A stretch of DNA of 64,000 bases from Tubiluchus corallicola (GCA_030141605.1 JAQGDQ010000686.1:1-64000), one strand, 5' to 3'. Shown: positions 50,801 to 59,830, numbered from the stretch's first letter. Numbers and translations are program-made. The notes: a model not told the origin generated them from the letters alone.

Positions 50801-53800
50801 AGTGACCACAGTGTTGTATCCAGCTGTGGCATTAAACCAAGTGTTTGTATTGGTGCAGTACATATTTTTACTAGGAATGATGACTGCAAGTACACTAAAC
50901 TTGTGTCTCATAGCAGCTGAAAGATATGTGGCTGTTGTTCATCCTTTCAAGTATCAAACCATCGTGAGAAAAGAAGCCATTGTTGCAGCACTTTGTATTT
51001 CTTGGACTTTTGCTTTAACTGAGACAGTTATTTATGTTATTTTCGTATACATTTTGAATGCACAAAGTCTATTTTTCGTTGATGTTACTGTAACATTTTA
51101 TTTACCAGTGCTAACAATTCTTGTGCTCTATGCCCTAATTTGGAAAACTGCAAGAAGGCATGTCTTACAGATACACAGTCAAGGTCTAGAAAGCCAGGCA
51201 AACGTGATACAAATGAAAGCAACAAAAACATTAGCCGTTGTTACATTTGCTTTTCTGGCATGTTGTGGTCCCATTTCTCTGTATCAGACAGTTTGTTATA
51301 TATTGCCTTATGAAGAGAATCTTGAAGTAACTCATTTTTTACTTGCATTCGTATGCACCAATAGTGCCATTAATCCAATCGTGTATGCACTGTCTAGCAC
51401 AGATTTTAGATGGGCTTTCAAAAAAATTTTGTTTTCGCATCAAATGTCTTGTAACTGCGTTAATAGCATAAAACTGAGAAACCGCACAAGTGAGCAAAAT
51501 TCTTCAAATAGAGCACACAATTGACCAAGTTCCTCAAAACGACCATTCCGGGAGCATAATGTTCCAGAAATGTGCTACACATCTAAGCAGCGCTTTCGTG
51601 TAGTAACCGATTGAAGATTAAAGAGCTGGAAATAAGTAACACAACTGAACAACAATCATGAAATGGAGAACAACCAAACAACAAGCCTGAAGCAGAGCAC
51701 ACAACTAAATAATAAGCCTGAAGCAGAGCACACAACTTAACAAGCCTGAAGCAGAGCACACAACTGAACAACAAGCCTGAAGCGGAGCACACAACTGAAC
51801 AACAAGCCTGAAGCAGAGCACACAACTTAACAAGCCTGAAGCGGAGCACACAACTGAACAACAAGCCTGAAGCGGAGCACACAACTGAACAACAAGCCTG
51901 AAGCAGAGCACACAACTGAACAACAAGCCTGGAGTGGAGCACACAACTGAACAACAAGCCTGAAGCAGAGCACACAACTGAACAAGCCTGAAGCGGAGCA
52001 CACAACTGAACAAGCCTGAAGCGGAGCACACAACCAAACAACAAGCCTGAAGCAGAGCACACAACTGAACAAGCCTGAAGCGGAGCACACAACTGAACAA
52101 CAAGCCTGGAGTGGAGCACACAACTGAACAACAAGCCTGAAGCGGAGCACACAACTGAACAATAAACCTGAAGCAGAGCACACAACTGAACAAGCCTGAA
52201 GCGGAGCACACAACTGAACAACAAGCCTGAAGCAGAGCACACAACTGAACAATAAACCTGAAGCGGAGCAAACAACTGAACAATAAACCTGAAGCGGAGC
52301 ACACAACTGAACAACAAGCCTGAAGCGGAGCACACAACTGAACAAGCCTGAAGCGGAGCACACAACTGAACAACAAGCCTGAAGCAGAGCACACAACTGA
52401 ACAAGCCTGAAGCGGAGCACACAACCAAACAACAAGCCTGAAGTGGAGCACACAACTGAACAATAAACTAGAAGTGGAGCACACAACCAAACAACAAGCC
52501 TGAAGCGGAGCACACAACCAAACAACAAGCCTGAAGTGGAGCACACAACTGAACAACAAGCCTGGAGTGGAGCACACAACTGAACAACAAGCCTAGAAGC
52601 AGAGCACACAACTGAAGATCAAGCCTGAAGCGGAGCACACAACCAAACAACAAGCCTGAAGCGGAGCACACAACTGAACAACAAGCCTGAAGCAGAGCAC
52701 ACAACTGAACAACAAGCATCTGAGGTGGAGCCCACAACGGAACAACATTTTATTTTTGGTGTGTATTCAACTGCCGAATAAATACACTATTTACTGTAAA
52801 TGGTAATTTTTTATGATTTATAATTTTCTTTTAATGTTAGAATTAATATTTTTAATATATTTTTAAACATTTTGTGATTTTTGCCAAATTTATCAAATCT
52901 ATACATTACTGTACAATATGTACTACGCATGTGCAAAAATGCTTTAGACGGAGTACCGCAAAACAGTGAAACAGCGAAAATACCTCGATAAATATTTTAC
53001 ATTAATATTTTTGAAAACCCGCAAAACAGCGAGTCCGCGATAAACGAACCGCGACGTAGCGAGGGAACATTGTACAAAAAAAACATAAGTGTAGAGGTGC
53101 ATCACTTGTTCACACGGGCCCGACTTGCAACCATTTTGTCTTACGGCCAATTTGCTGGAACCGACCGTGGTCATAATTCAACGCCAACCTGTATACAAGC
53201 AGTTAAATAAAGCAAATCTTATATGCCAAACCAGGAATTTTTAATATAATAGATAAGGGGACAGAGAAAAAGAAACAAAAAGAAAAAGCTAAAATACCAT
53301 ACTAGATGTTCTGAATGTAAAAGGGAAACAGGCAAGCGTCCGAGTGTCATTCGGCTGACCGCTGTTATACCATTCCATATATGGACAAGTGAACTGTTGG
53401 CTCGTGCTGAACACATCTACCTAGTGATAGTGAAAAATAGTCAGTTACAAAAGCATCACATTACAAACCCATTTATAATAAGCAAATTAAAGGACAAGTA
53501 AACACTCATAAATATAATTTGAAATTTTGTGTTGCTTACATGTAGCCTTTCTACGCACAGAACTTGTATTAGCAACAACGCTGTATAAAACTTGTAAATT
53601 TAAATTCCCACAGCCATTTTGATGTTCACTCGTGCAAAACAAGTTTAGATAGTATTATGCGAAGTTTAAAAAAATAATTAGAGTAATACTAGGACACTCT
53701 TTGCTAACTAAGCAAAAGTATTCATTACTTTATACTGTCAATAAGATCAACAATGCATTATTGTGAATCAGTGGTGCACACTGGGGTGGTAATACCGTGA

Positions 53801-56314
53801 CATTTTACCAGGTGGCACGGACATATCAAAAATTTTCTTTTCCGATTAATTAGGTCTTTCAAACAGGTAAAGTAATGCTAAGTAATATAACCGTGCATGG
53901 AAAGTTTTTTGGGATATACATTAAAATTCCCGTTTCTTCCCTTTAAAAACAAAGAACAAAAACAGGTTTTGCTTGCAATTTTAACAACATCCTTATCACA
54001 AAACAGTCAAAAAAATCTACACCAACAAACTGCTGATAACTTAAATTTAACTATTGAAATATCTTCGTGTCATCAGTTTGCTTTATAGGGAATAATACGG
54101 GTCAATTCTCTGTTGAACAGTGTCAAACTTCCACCATTCATATTGTGAGAACCACTATTTTGCAGTTGCATTACTAAAGTTGGCAGATAAACAGTCACCA
54201 GCAGGGAGTCCTACAGAAAACGGAATTACCTTTTTCACTATTGGCAAAGAATCAGTTATCCCATTTCCATGCCATATGCTTACGCTCCGTACGAGTCCCA
54301 GGTATTTCAATTCAAATTTAAACTCGGCGACTCTGCAGCAGACAAACATACATTGAAATCACACACAAAGGAATTATATAGGAAAAGGAATGGTGGTGGG
54401 GAAAGTGAATTCTTAAAATAAAAATAACTGTCAGCACCCTCTTATGTATAATGTAAGCATCTGTATGACGTGTATAATATGTATGAAAATTTGAGTCTTT
54501 AACCCTTTCACTACGTTGCTTTTTAACAAAGCCGCACTGGCTTTTGCACATTTGACAATAACTTCTTGTGGTGTGTTACTAAAACAGAATCTTGTAAATA
54601 AATAAATGCGTGCATGCATGAGTGCATAAATGTGTGCACGGATGTATGTGCATGTGTATAAATAACAAAATATTCAATATTAGTGTTTAATAACAAATGG
54701 CTATTAGTTTTATTTATACACATGCACACACATCTGTGCACACATATATGCACTCATGCATGCACACACACGCACACCCAAACAAATAACCACATACTTA
54801 ACATTTAGAAGCCAATTTTCACAAAAGTCATATTACTAATCCATAATACGCAATTATTTTATAAGAATGCAGAACAAGTGACTAAACATGTTTCACCAAC
54901 TATCAACAAGCAATTTTGCATAAGAACACGCTATACAGTACAGTATATGGAATGCACCTTGCTTCAGACACTGATTGGCCGGTTAGCGTTACTTGTTGCA
55001 AAGCAACCCCATCCCACGGCTGTTAAACTTTTCTACAATGTTTTACATGACCATAGAAGTGAAATAAGCAGACCTGAGTGACTGCGCTTAGTGCTGATCT
55101 TGGGCGGCAGTCTACAGCCTTCCATCCGTTGCATTAAAACATAGGCGACAGTGTCCCACCTTCCGTAGTGGGTTAATAATAGGAATTGATCGTGTACTCA
55201 GCTGACAACGCGAACCAAGACGTACTTACAGACAAATGCACGAACGCAAAGAAATTAGAAAAAGACGGACAGAATTGAACAGAATTGTTAATATTAGGTT
55301 CAGGCAACAGACACTAATGAATTTTAAAATGCAAAAACTATTTGTGGTGCACTTCATGTTCTTGTTTACGCATTTTTTGTTTAGAACGGATATTGCTTTA
55401 AATATGTTACTGTTTATACTTTAATGGTGTCACACAAGTTATGTCTAGCCTAGCTTATACTAACAATGTCATCGTAAATGACAATCATGCAGCAAAAAAA
55501 ATTACGTCTAAAAAGCTTTAAACAGCCTAAATGTAAAGCTGTGCAAACTGTACTTACTCTCCAGGGACAAAACCTTGTCCATCGGGATTAAGCGTGAGCA
55601 CGGAAGTGTTGCCATGGTAACCGTGTAACATCACGGAAATATTGGTGCTGTTACTGCTTTCGTTGAAGGTGTGGATTACAAGGCGATAAACAGCTGATGC
55701 TACAAAATAAGAACTGCAGCTTGCAAAAATTTACTTGCTACATAATGATATTTTTAATCTAACTAAACGTTGTGTAGAAAGTGTTTAGAATGATTCATGA
55801 AGGAGAAAATTAATTCTAAAAAGAAAACTGGATGATTGTGTAAACACGAGTTCAGAGTAAAGAATGCTCTAAAATACTGAAAACTACAATAGCTTTTTTT
55901 ATATCAAAGCTTACACTAAATAATAATTACCTCGGATACTCAAATTTTGTTAAACTTTCAAAGCTACGCGCGGCTCAGTGAATCTACTAAGATTGGCAAT
56001 GGGACTTTTTTTTCATGCGCGTGGCTGACAAATAGAAGGCGGTACCATGATAAGCATGATCATGAACTACAGTGTTAGTTTCTGATGTCATATGATGTAG
56101 AGCGCATTTTCGTGACATCATGGGTTTAAACAGTAACACTTATGCAAATGTGCTTGACGCGTAAGGGAAGATGCCTGCTATTGCAAAAACTGTGGTTACT
56201 TTTTGATGCAAGCAATAGCTGTGTTCTGGAGAGGGAGAGAGAGGGAGAGAAGAAGAGAAAGGGAGGAAGAGAAAGAGAGGGGAGAGAGAAAGAGGAGAGA
56301 GTCGGGAGAGATAG

Positions 56315-56385
<71 letters not shown>

Positions 56386-58915
56386 GAGGGAGAGAGATAG
56401 AGAAAGAAGACAGAGAGAAAAAGTGAGAAAGAGTAAGAGTGAGAGAGTGACAAAGAACTTTTGTTGGTGTAGTGAAGGACGAGAAAAGCTATGAGAAGCC
56501 AAGCAGCTCAGTTAGTAAATAATAAAACTCTTATACAACTACTCATATACCAGAATTGATCACATTAGAATTGTACAGTTTGGACACATCATCACAATCC
56601 ACTGATCGGTTCTGGCAATGTTCCAGCCAGCGAGTATAGCAGGGCTGTCTCTGTATACACGAGTTGGCTCTACATCTGCTCGAATTTGAAAAACATGAAA
56701 TGTCCGCACGGCTGTCACCACAGCGACTCTTGACTTTGACAAAGCACTTCTCAGCTTCCGCTCGGCATGACAACTGTGCCTTGTAACAGGAGGGAATAAG
56801 GTAACCGTTTTCATTAATCATCACACCCAAATGGTACATCGTCTGAGTGTCATTATCATTGTGAATGGTAAGGATGTTCTCCAGTTCAGGACACTTCTGA
56901 AGATTTGGAATTTCGTGAATGTCATCTCCTTCTATTATATCATCTATAGATGGTTTGAATTCTCTGATAACCACCTAAAAATAATATCAATGTTATAGGG
57001 AAAATAAGTGTGCACACCACTTGGCTTTGAGACTACAGTTTTACCATTGTTCCTACCACTGTTGTTTGGAAAACTGCTCTTGTTTGCTTACAAGTGCTTG
57101 TTCTTATATGTTATTTAATCGTAAATCGTTTCGCTTTTTATGCCAAAATTTTTGAATGTTTGAAGTTGTTGGACGAAGAATGTGAACAGCCTAACAAGTA
57201 TAACAAGTATTTAAGGAAGCGTCAGTATGTCTTTATATTCTTTTCAGTATGAATGCTGATTGGACTACATGTAAAACTCAGATGTTCTTAGGCTAAAGAT
57301 TAATGATTGTACCGAGTTGTAATCACCACAGGAAATGTGAAATCACTCTGAACTCATGTCTAATGTCTCCTTAAACTGTGGATTTATGAAAGACCTATGT
57401 TTGCTGGTTGTTTTTTTTACACTAATTTTACTATTCAGTTTCTTTTATTAGTAAATCAGTAATTGTTAATAACAATAACACATTTATTGACGATTTACAA
57501 GCCATGCAATTGTCTATAGTATGGCTAGCATCTTGCCCAATTGGCCATGTAATTAGCTAAAGTAGGCTTCTTTCATAGATGTATATATAACATAGTAATT
57601 TTTGTGTGGCAAAAGGCCTAGCTAGCCAGAAGCCACATGATGCTGACAATCGCTACGTTGCTCCTTTGCTTATTATCGAGGATGACCATGGGCACAGTAT
57701 AATTAGGTATGTCTAAAGTCTTTCTGTATTAGAACTAACGTATACATTTAAAGTAATCATGTCGTAATTTAGTCATATTGTAATGTCTTTCCTATTTACT
57801 AAAATGTAGGTCTCATATAATAGACTTTTATTCCTAAACATGTACTAATTACTCTTGTTTCATCATCATTGTAAATATCATCATTGTAAAAATGTAATAT
57901 TCATCAATAATTATGCGAATATTTTAATTACTTGTTCTTTTTTTAGATATAAAAGTAAAAGTAAATACATTTTGCTACAAATTAAACTCAATTCAGTATT
58001 TGTTTGCATCGAAAATTGCGAACATAATTGAATTCGGGGCATTCAGTTGCCCAGGTTTTGCTCTCCCGCCTACTTGTACAGAAATTCAAACTTTTTACAT
58101 TCAGTTGAAAAGTTAAAAACATTCAACTACATCGTTAAAATGAGATAAAATATATAAATTATTTCGAAGAATAAAAATCAACCATTCATCATAATCAAAT
58201 CAAGCGTTTTTCACAACTTACTTTTAGAGGAATGTCGCCAGCATGCAGCTTGAGAATGACATGAGCATGAGGATCTACTATTAAACTGTAAACTGAAAAT
58301 TCGCTGATGTTTTCCGCAAATAATATATCAATATCTGCACCTAAAACAAGATTTGAAAAATGAACACAAGCACAGCAAGTACCACACCTGATCTTATGAA
58401 CGTATCAGAACAAGCAAATTTGTAAAAATTAGAAAAAAATGTTTAATGCAATAAGACCTTTTTAAAATACCTGATATGTGCAAAAAGTATTCCAAGGGGT
58501 CTGTTAATTGTATATTATCGGAGGCTTGTTGATTTTCATGTTCACTAATAGATAGGCTGATTACAGGAGTGGTGACCAAACTTGAAGTGTTACCCCACAC
58601 GTATGGATTCTCCTTCATATAGTATGTCTGAAAAATAATTACTTGGTTTCAACTGGAGGTACACAGATTAAGACACATAGATCCGCTAAGCACTGAAATA
58701 ACGATGTCAGTAGTATCTGTTTGACACATTAAAGAGTTTTAAAGTTCACGCCATTCCAGTATCATATCAGTACACAAATAATCTCAAAGTACTAATTTAA
58801 ATTCAGAAAATGTGTGAAATAACCTTTAGAGAAAACACTTCATCGTGGTCAGTCACTAGTGCTTGTGCTGAAGGCAAGTTGAAGTGGTCCGTATCCGTCA
58901 TCGGTATATCCGAAT
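32706..58915 (-). CDS. Spliced polycystin-1-like (PKD1L/REJ family) gene, partial; 10 exons recognised
   Basis: Exons 58915-58824, 58627-58471, 58340-58222, 56974-56551, 55699-55558, 54332-54230, 53420-53303, 37158-37061, 34578-34339 and 32826-32706. All are AG/GT bounded, open and phase-compatible in order (1614 nt). They encode NPYVW (GAIN), the GPS CLYW...WSSAGCQVGP...CHCYHMSSF, TM1 ...VWARRTD and PLAT YTG...AGTTANV. Confidence 0.85.
32855..33295 (+). mobile_element. Putative SINE: 5S rRNA-derived head with a GC-rich, RTE-like body and tail
   Basis: gatgggtgaccgcctagtaataccaggtgctgtaggc (32860-32896) resembles the 3' third of metazoan 5S rRNA. It is followed by a ~400-bp GC-rich body ending ggcgcacaatccattgtcttctgagacagaaggatgccaacaa. 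The same 3' end occurs inverted at 34199-34247. Confidence 0.6.
34199..34247 (-). mobile_element. Isolated 3'-end fragment of the same SINE/RTE-like family
   Basis: Reverse complement ttggcgcacattccattgtcttccgagacagaaggatgccaacaacaag matches 33248-33294. Confidence 0.6.
34339..34578 (-). CDS. PKD1-like exon: second half of GPS plus TM1
   Basis: cag|VGPQTSMSRLHCHCYHMSSFAGAVRLLIAAPNKINPIKDVVLFATFFKNPVIVLFISFTWVVYLALTVWARRTDLQDKLR|gtatgc; 240 nt, phase 0-0. Confidence 0.93.
34664..35320 (-). mobile_element. Degenerate LINE 3' fragment
   Basis: Minus strand ends aataaactgaatttgaatttgaat, a tandem-repeat tail typical of CR1/L2-group LINEs, preceded by a T-rich UTR-like stretch. No intact ORF. 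Confidence 0.45.
35844..36262. mobile_element. MITE-like element with ~23-bp imperfect terminal inverted repeats
   Basis: Left end actcatatctcgatttgccagacc; right end reverse complement agtcatatctcggtttgcaggcc. No clear TSD. Confidence 0.65.
37061..37158 (-). CDS. PKD1-like exon: first half of GPS (missed by the ORF track)
   Basis: ttttag|xDRVHLNLTLSVYRAQCLYWNTSTEQWSSAGCQ|gtagtt; 98 nt, phase 1-0, joins in frame to VGPQTS. Confidence 0.92.
37477..38359. mobile_element. MITE-like element (possibly PIF/Harbinger-type) with an internal 78-bp tandem array of about 8.5 copies
   Basis: Imperfect TIRs ggggcgttcaaactggcgagttttct and ggtgcattcagataagcgagttttct (rc), with TAA on both flanks. Period-78 repeat at 37625-38285 explains the repetitive 258-aa ORF. 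Confidence 0.65.
38906..41751 (+). mobile_element. 5'-truncated CR1/L2-group LINE with RT, (TTACTA)n tail and 7-bp TSD
   Basis: Endonuclease C-terminal motifs (PTR, TLIDHI, ADHLP) and a 599-aa RT ORF (YRPISLL, QFGFR, DLSKAFD, GVPQGS, FADD). Tail aataaattactattacta...; gtttttc duplicated at 38899-38905 and 41752-41758. Confidence 0.95.
39510..41309 (+). CDS. LINE ORF2 reverse transcriptase portion
   Basis: Uninterrupted RT domain; separated from the upstream part by a frameshift near the poly-A run at ~39385. Confidence 0.9.
   Translation: MLQGNKNNMRLTWKTINEITNCKVKNHFQPNKLTQNGNEYNNHKDISEILNQFFSNIGSNMARKIPYTELKFDSFLKNPVNSTFFMYPILENETCVEINKLNINKSAGPENIPIYFYKLAVSIITPYLTTLYNKSITDGIFPNILKLAKVIPIYKSESPENPTNYRPISLLSPVAKIFEKLIFIRLDKFISTNKILSEHQFGFRKNHSTALAVSELTDRILNNIDKNVFVCGIFLDLSKAFDTVQHNILLQKMKHYGIRGLSQNFFASYLHNRQQYTSIGDTSSNLTTITCGVPQGSTLGPILFLLYINDLVNCSNFHTRMFADDTNLFLTDTKIINLQTSVNSELHKINQWMKANKLSINYKKTKYMLITPGRKTDAYENFQISMNNQILTRSKEIKYLGMFIDDNLTWSTQTKHITYKISKIKGIIARIRHYVNTDVIKLIYHALVYSYLHYGILSWGTASSNTLKPIQTHQNIIVKLMTFSGRREHATPSYIKLGLLKLNDIYKLELAKFVYKFKNNLLPELFLNYYTPASDIHSYNTRFSTNSSFFIERFNTSKGQTSLKYQGSVLWNSLPAHITSLPLHSLKKQYAKALLEAYK
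41778..42677 (+). CDS. Single-exon class A GPCR, family B (B1), 299 aa
   Basis: Conserved start MNTSSLLVDF; GN, LAVTD, ERH, FYLP, CWGP, NSAINPIVY. The upstream extension in the ORF track is LINE 3' UTR. Confidence 0.93.
   Translation: MNTSSLLVDFATMNTTESGVTFLAKSVISIKVLLLILLGITIIVGNLLVLIAVCKIPRLQTKTNVLVASLAVTDLLVGLSMPAEVTSLLYPAVLSNQVFVFVLYIFEVGMVNASILHLCLIAVERHVAVVHPFKYHTNVRKETIVAALSITWIFALTEAVIYVIFKYILNVQSLLIVDVTVAFYLPVLTILVLYALIWRTARRHILQIHSQIQGSQANVMEMKATKSLAIVTFAFLVCWGPFSLYQTVCYILFYEENQEVTQFLYVFGFINSAINPIVYALSSTDFRWAVKKMLLSREL
43023..43597. repeat. 31-bp minisatellite, about 18 copies, upstream of B2
   Basis: Unit atcattgtgagaatgaatgacattatactgc. Confidence 0.93.
43752..44651 (+). CDS. 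Single-exon class A GPCR, family B (B2), 299 aa
   Basis: Intact 7TM ORF; start chosen by conservation across paralogues. Confidence 0.94.
   Translation: MNTSSLLVDFATMNTTECGVTFLAKSVISIKVLLLILLGIAIIAGNLLVLIAVCKIPRLQTKTNVLVASLAVTDLLVGLSMPAEVTTVLYPAVLSNQVFVLVLFIVEDGIVNASALNLCLIAAERYVVVVHPFKYHKIVRKETIVAALSITWIFALTVAAVCVIFFFVFNKRGLLVVDATLTFYLPMFAIFVLYVLIWRTARRHVLQIHSQGLESQANMMQMKATKTLAIVTFTFLVCWGPFSLYQTVCYILSYEPKYDIVQALYIIGFINSAINPIVYALSSTDFRWAFKKMLLSREL
45708..46240. repeat. 31-bp minisatellite, about 17 copies, upstream of B3
   Basis: Same unit as 43023-43597. Confidence 0.93.
46394..47293 (+). CDS. Single-exon class A GPCR, family B (B3), 299 aa
   Basis: Intact 7TM ORF; tandem duplicate of B2 at +2642. 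Confidence 0.94.
   Translation: MNRSSLLGDFATMNTTDSGVTFLAKSVISIKVLLLILLGIAIIVGNLLVLIAVCKIPRLQTKTNVLVASLAVTDLLVGLSTPAEVTTVFYPAVLSNQVFVSVLNIFEIGMVNASALNLCLIAAERYAAVVHPFKYHTIVRKETIVAALSITWIFALTVAALCVIFTFIFNKHGLLIVDATLAFYLPMFTIFVLYVLIWRTARRHVLQIHSQGLESQANVIQMKATKTLAIVTFAFLVCWGPFSLYQTVCHILSYEENDEINKFLYVFGFINSAINPIVYALSSTDFRWAFKKMLLSREL
48015..48857 (+). pseudogene. Family B GPCR pseudogene (B4)
   Basis: Starts MNSTSFLIDF at 48015. Deletion before TM1 and frameshifts at ~48192 and ~48524; ORF pieces 48208-48555 and 48525-48857. Confidence 0.9.
50550..51524 (+). CDS. Single-exon class A GPCR, family B (B5), with W6.48C and C-terminal extension
   Basis: Intact ORF. CCGP replaces CWGP, and the frame runs on into sequence that is 3' flank in B1-B3. 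Alternative ATG at 50544. Confidence 0.88.
   Translation: MNTSSFLVDFATMNTTENGVTYLAKSVTSIKVLLFLLLGISIIGGNFLVLFAICKFPRLQTKTNVLVASLAVTDLLVGLSTSAEVTTVLYPAVALNQVFVLVQYIFLLGMMTASTLNLCLIAAERYVAVVHPFKYQTIVRKEAIVAALCISWTFALTETVIYVIFVYILNAQSLFFVDVTVTFYLPVLTILVLYALIWKTARRHVLQIHSQGLESQANVIQMKATKTLAVVTFAFLACCGPISLYQTVCYILPYEENLEVTHFLLAFVCTNSAINPIVYALSSTDFRWAFKKILFSHQMSCNCVNSIKLRNRTSEQNSSNRAHN
51640..52745. repeat. 31/28-bp minisatellite, about 36 copies
   Basis: Unit aactgaacaacaagcctgaagcggagcacac, with a 28-bp variant lacking one aac. The overlapping Cys/Leu-rich ORFs are repeat artefacts. Confidence 0.95.
52750..53072. mobile_element. Possible Tc1/pogo (Tigger-like) non-autonomous element end
   Basis: Reverse complement of the right end reads ta|caatgttccctcgctacgtcgcggttcgtttatcgcggactcgc, resembling pogo-type termini. 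The other terminus was not found. Confidence 0.4.
53303..53420 (-). CDS. PKD1-like exon: end of extra PLAT-like domain
   Basis: tag|VDVFSTSQQFTCPYMEWYNSGQPNDTRTLACFPFTFRTS a|gtatgg; 118 nt, phase 0-1. An alternative donor after 53298 is possible. Confidence 0.7.
54230..54332 (-). CDS. PKD1-like exon: middle of extra PLAT-like domain
   Basis: cag|(E)VAEFKFELKYLGLVRSVSIWHGNGITDSLPIVKK|gtaatt; 103 nt, phase 2-0; LGxxxxxxIWH PLAT signature. Confidence 0.8.
55558..55699 (-). CDS. PKD1-like exon: start of extra PLAT-like domain (missed by the ORF track)
   Basis: ttttgtag|ASAVYRLVIHTFNESSNSTNISVMLHGYHGNTSVLTLNPDGQGFVPG ga|gtaagt; 142 nt, phase 1-2. Confidence 0.8.
56228..56448. repeat. (GA)n/(GATA)n microsatellite
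   Basis: Direct reading; explains the Ser/Leu low-complexity ORFs. Confidence 0.95.
56551..56974 (-). CDS. PKD1-like exon: cysteine-rich extracellular insert
   Basis: tttttag|VVIREFKPS...SCYKAQLSCRAEAEKC...CGDSRADISC...CRANSC...CYTRWLEHC...C...INS g|gtatat; 424 nt, open, phase 0-1. Confidence 0.75.
58222..58340 (-). CDS. PKD1-like exon (GAIN region)
   Basis: ttttag|GADIDILFAENISEFSVYSLIVDPHAHVILKLHAGDIPLK|gtaagt; 119 nt, phase 1-0. Confidence 0.72.
58471..58627 (-). CDS. PKD1-like exon (GAIN region, NPYxW motif)
   Basis: tttttcag|TYYMKENPYVWGNTSSLVTTPVISLSISEHENQQASDNIQLTDPLEYFLHIS g|gtattt; 157 nt, phase 0-1. Confidence 0.85.
58824..58915 (-). CDS. PKD1-like exon (GAIN region)
   Basis: ctttag|xSDIPMTDTDHFNLPSAQALVTDHDEVFSLK|gttatt; 92 nt, phase 1-0. 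Confidence 0.7.
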
Positions 58916-59679
58916 CTAAAGTACAAACAATACATACAATACAATTCCTCCAAACTACTAAGTTACTACTAAGTGGACAATTGACTTATTTGCCTAGGTA
59001 TCTTGACAATATTTACAGATTGTCCAGCTATGTCATTAATTTTTGTTTCTTTTGCCTTACATTTCCACATGTGTGTATATAATTAACCTGTTTATAAAGA
59101 TATTGAATCTCTCATTTTAAAGCCTTATGCTGGGAGCATCTTTTGTCAACTGCGTTTCAGTGATAAAAGCAAATGTACCACGGGTCACATCTACTAAGCA
59201 CGACTTAAACTCTTTCTGATATTCTGCCGTGATTTTGTGGAATAAAGTGCCATACTTCATACGCAATCCTTCTAGTTATGGTATGTTTCAAAAGATGATA
59301 AACTAGTAGAAAGATGACGAATGTAAATGCATTGAATGTCACACAAGACCTTCGAAATGTGATCTTAACTCGATTAGTTATAGGCATCCATTATGTTGAT
59401 GTTAGTATTTAAGTTAACATTGTGTATATGATTTTAATGTCTGCTAGAGTCAAAAGTGTTTCATTATAGTTGCAAAACTGTGGAATCTTTTTACCACTTA
59501 AGCACTATTTTGTATCAGTAGATTAGCTTTCTAATATGAGTCGGCTTAATAGCTCATGAAGTTAGATTTGATTTGATTTGAGTGAAAGAATCGTCCATTT
59601 CAGTTTCACAGTTCATCATTTGACGGCACTGGCTATCAGTATTAATTTATTTACTGGATGTTGCTGAACAGCCACACAG

Positions 59680-59830
59680 ATTTTTTTGCTCTTGGATTCA
59701 CCAGCTGTGGCATTAATCCAATCATTAAGCCGACAGTAAAATAGCTTTCAAATATTTTTTATTATTATTCTATAACAATGTTAACTGAGCACACAAGTGA
59801 GCAACATTTGTGAAGTGGAACACAACACTG
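59680..59830 (+). pseudogene. Relic of a family B GPCR 3' end (TM7 plus 3' flank)
   Basis: tttgctcttggattcaccagctgtggcattaatccaatcatt reads FALGFTSCGINPII. It is followed by cacaagtgagcaa, a motif found downstream of B1, B3 and B5. Confidence 0.55.

Noticed and set aside
1999-50911. Recurrent short antisense ORFs overlapping the receptor genes
   Set aside because: Shadow ORFs that recur only because the sense genes are paralogous.
51583-52737. Overlapping 260-290-aa Cys/Leu-rich ORFs
   Set aside because: Open in several frames because the minisatellite lacks stops on that strand; no coding signature.
53088-53188. Possible extra PKD exon (similar candidates at about 55070-55225 and 57990-58090)
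   Set aside because: Stops in the required phase or no canonical acceptor; the exon chain is already in frame without them.
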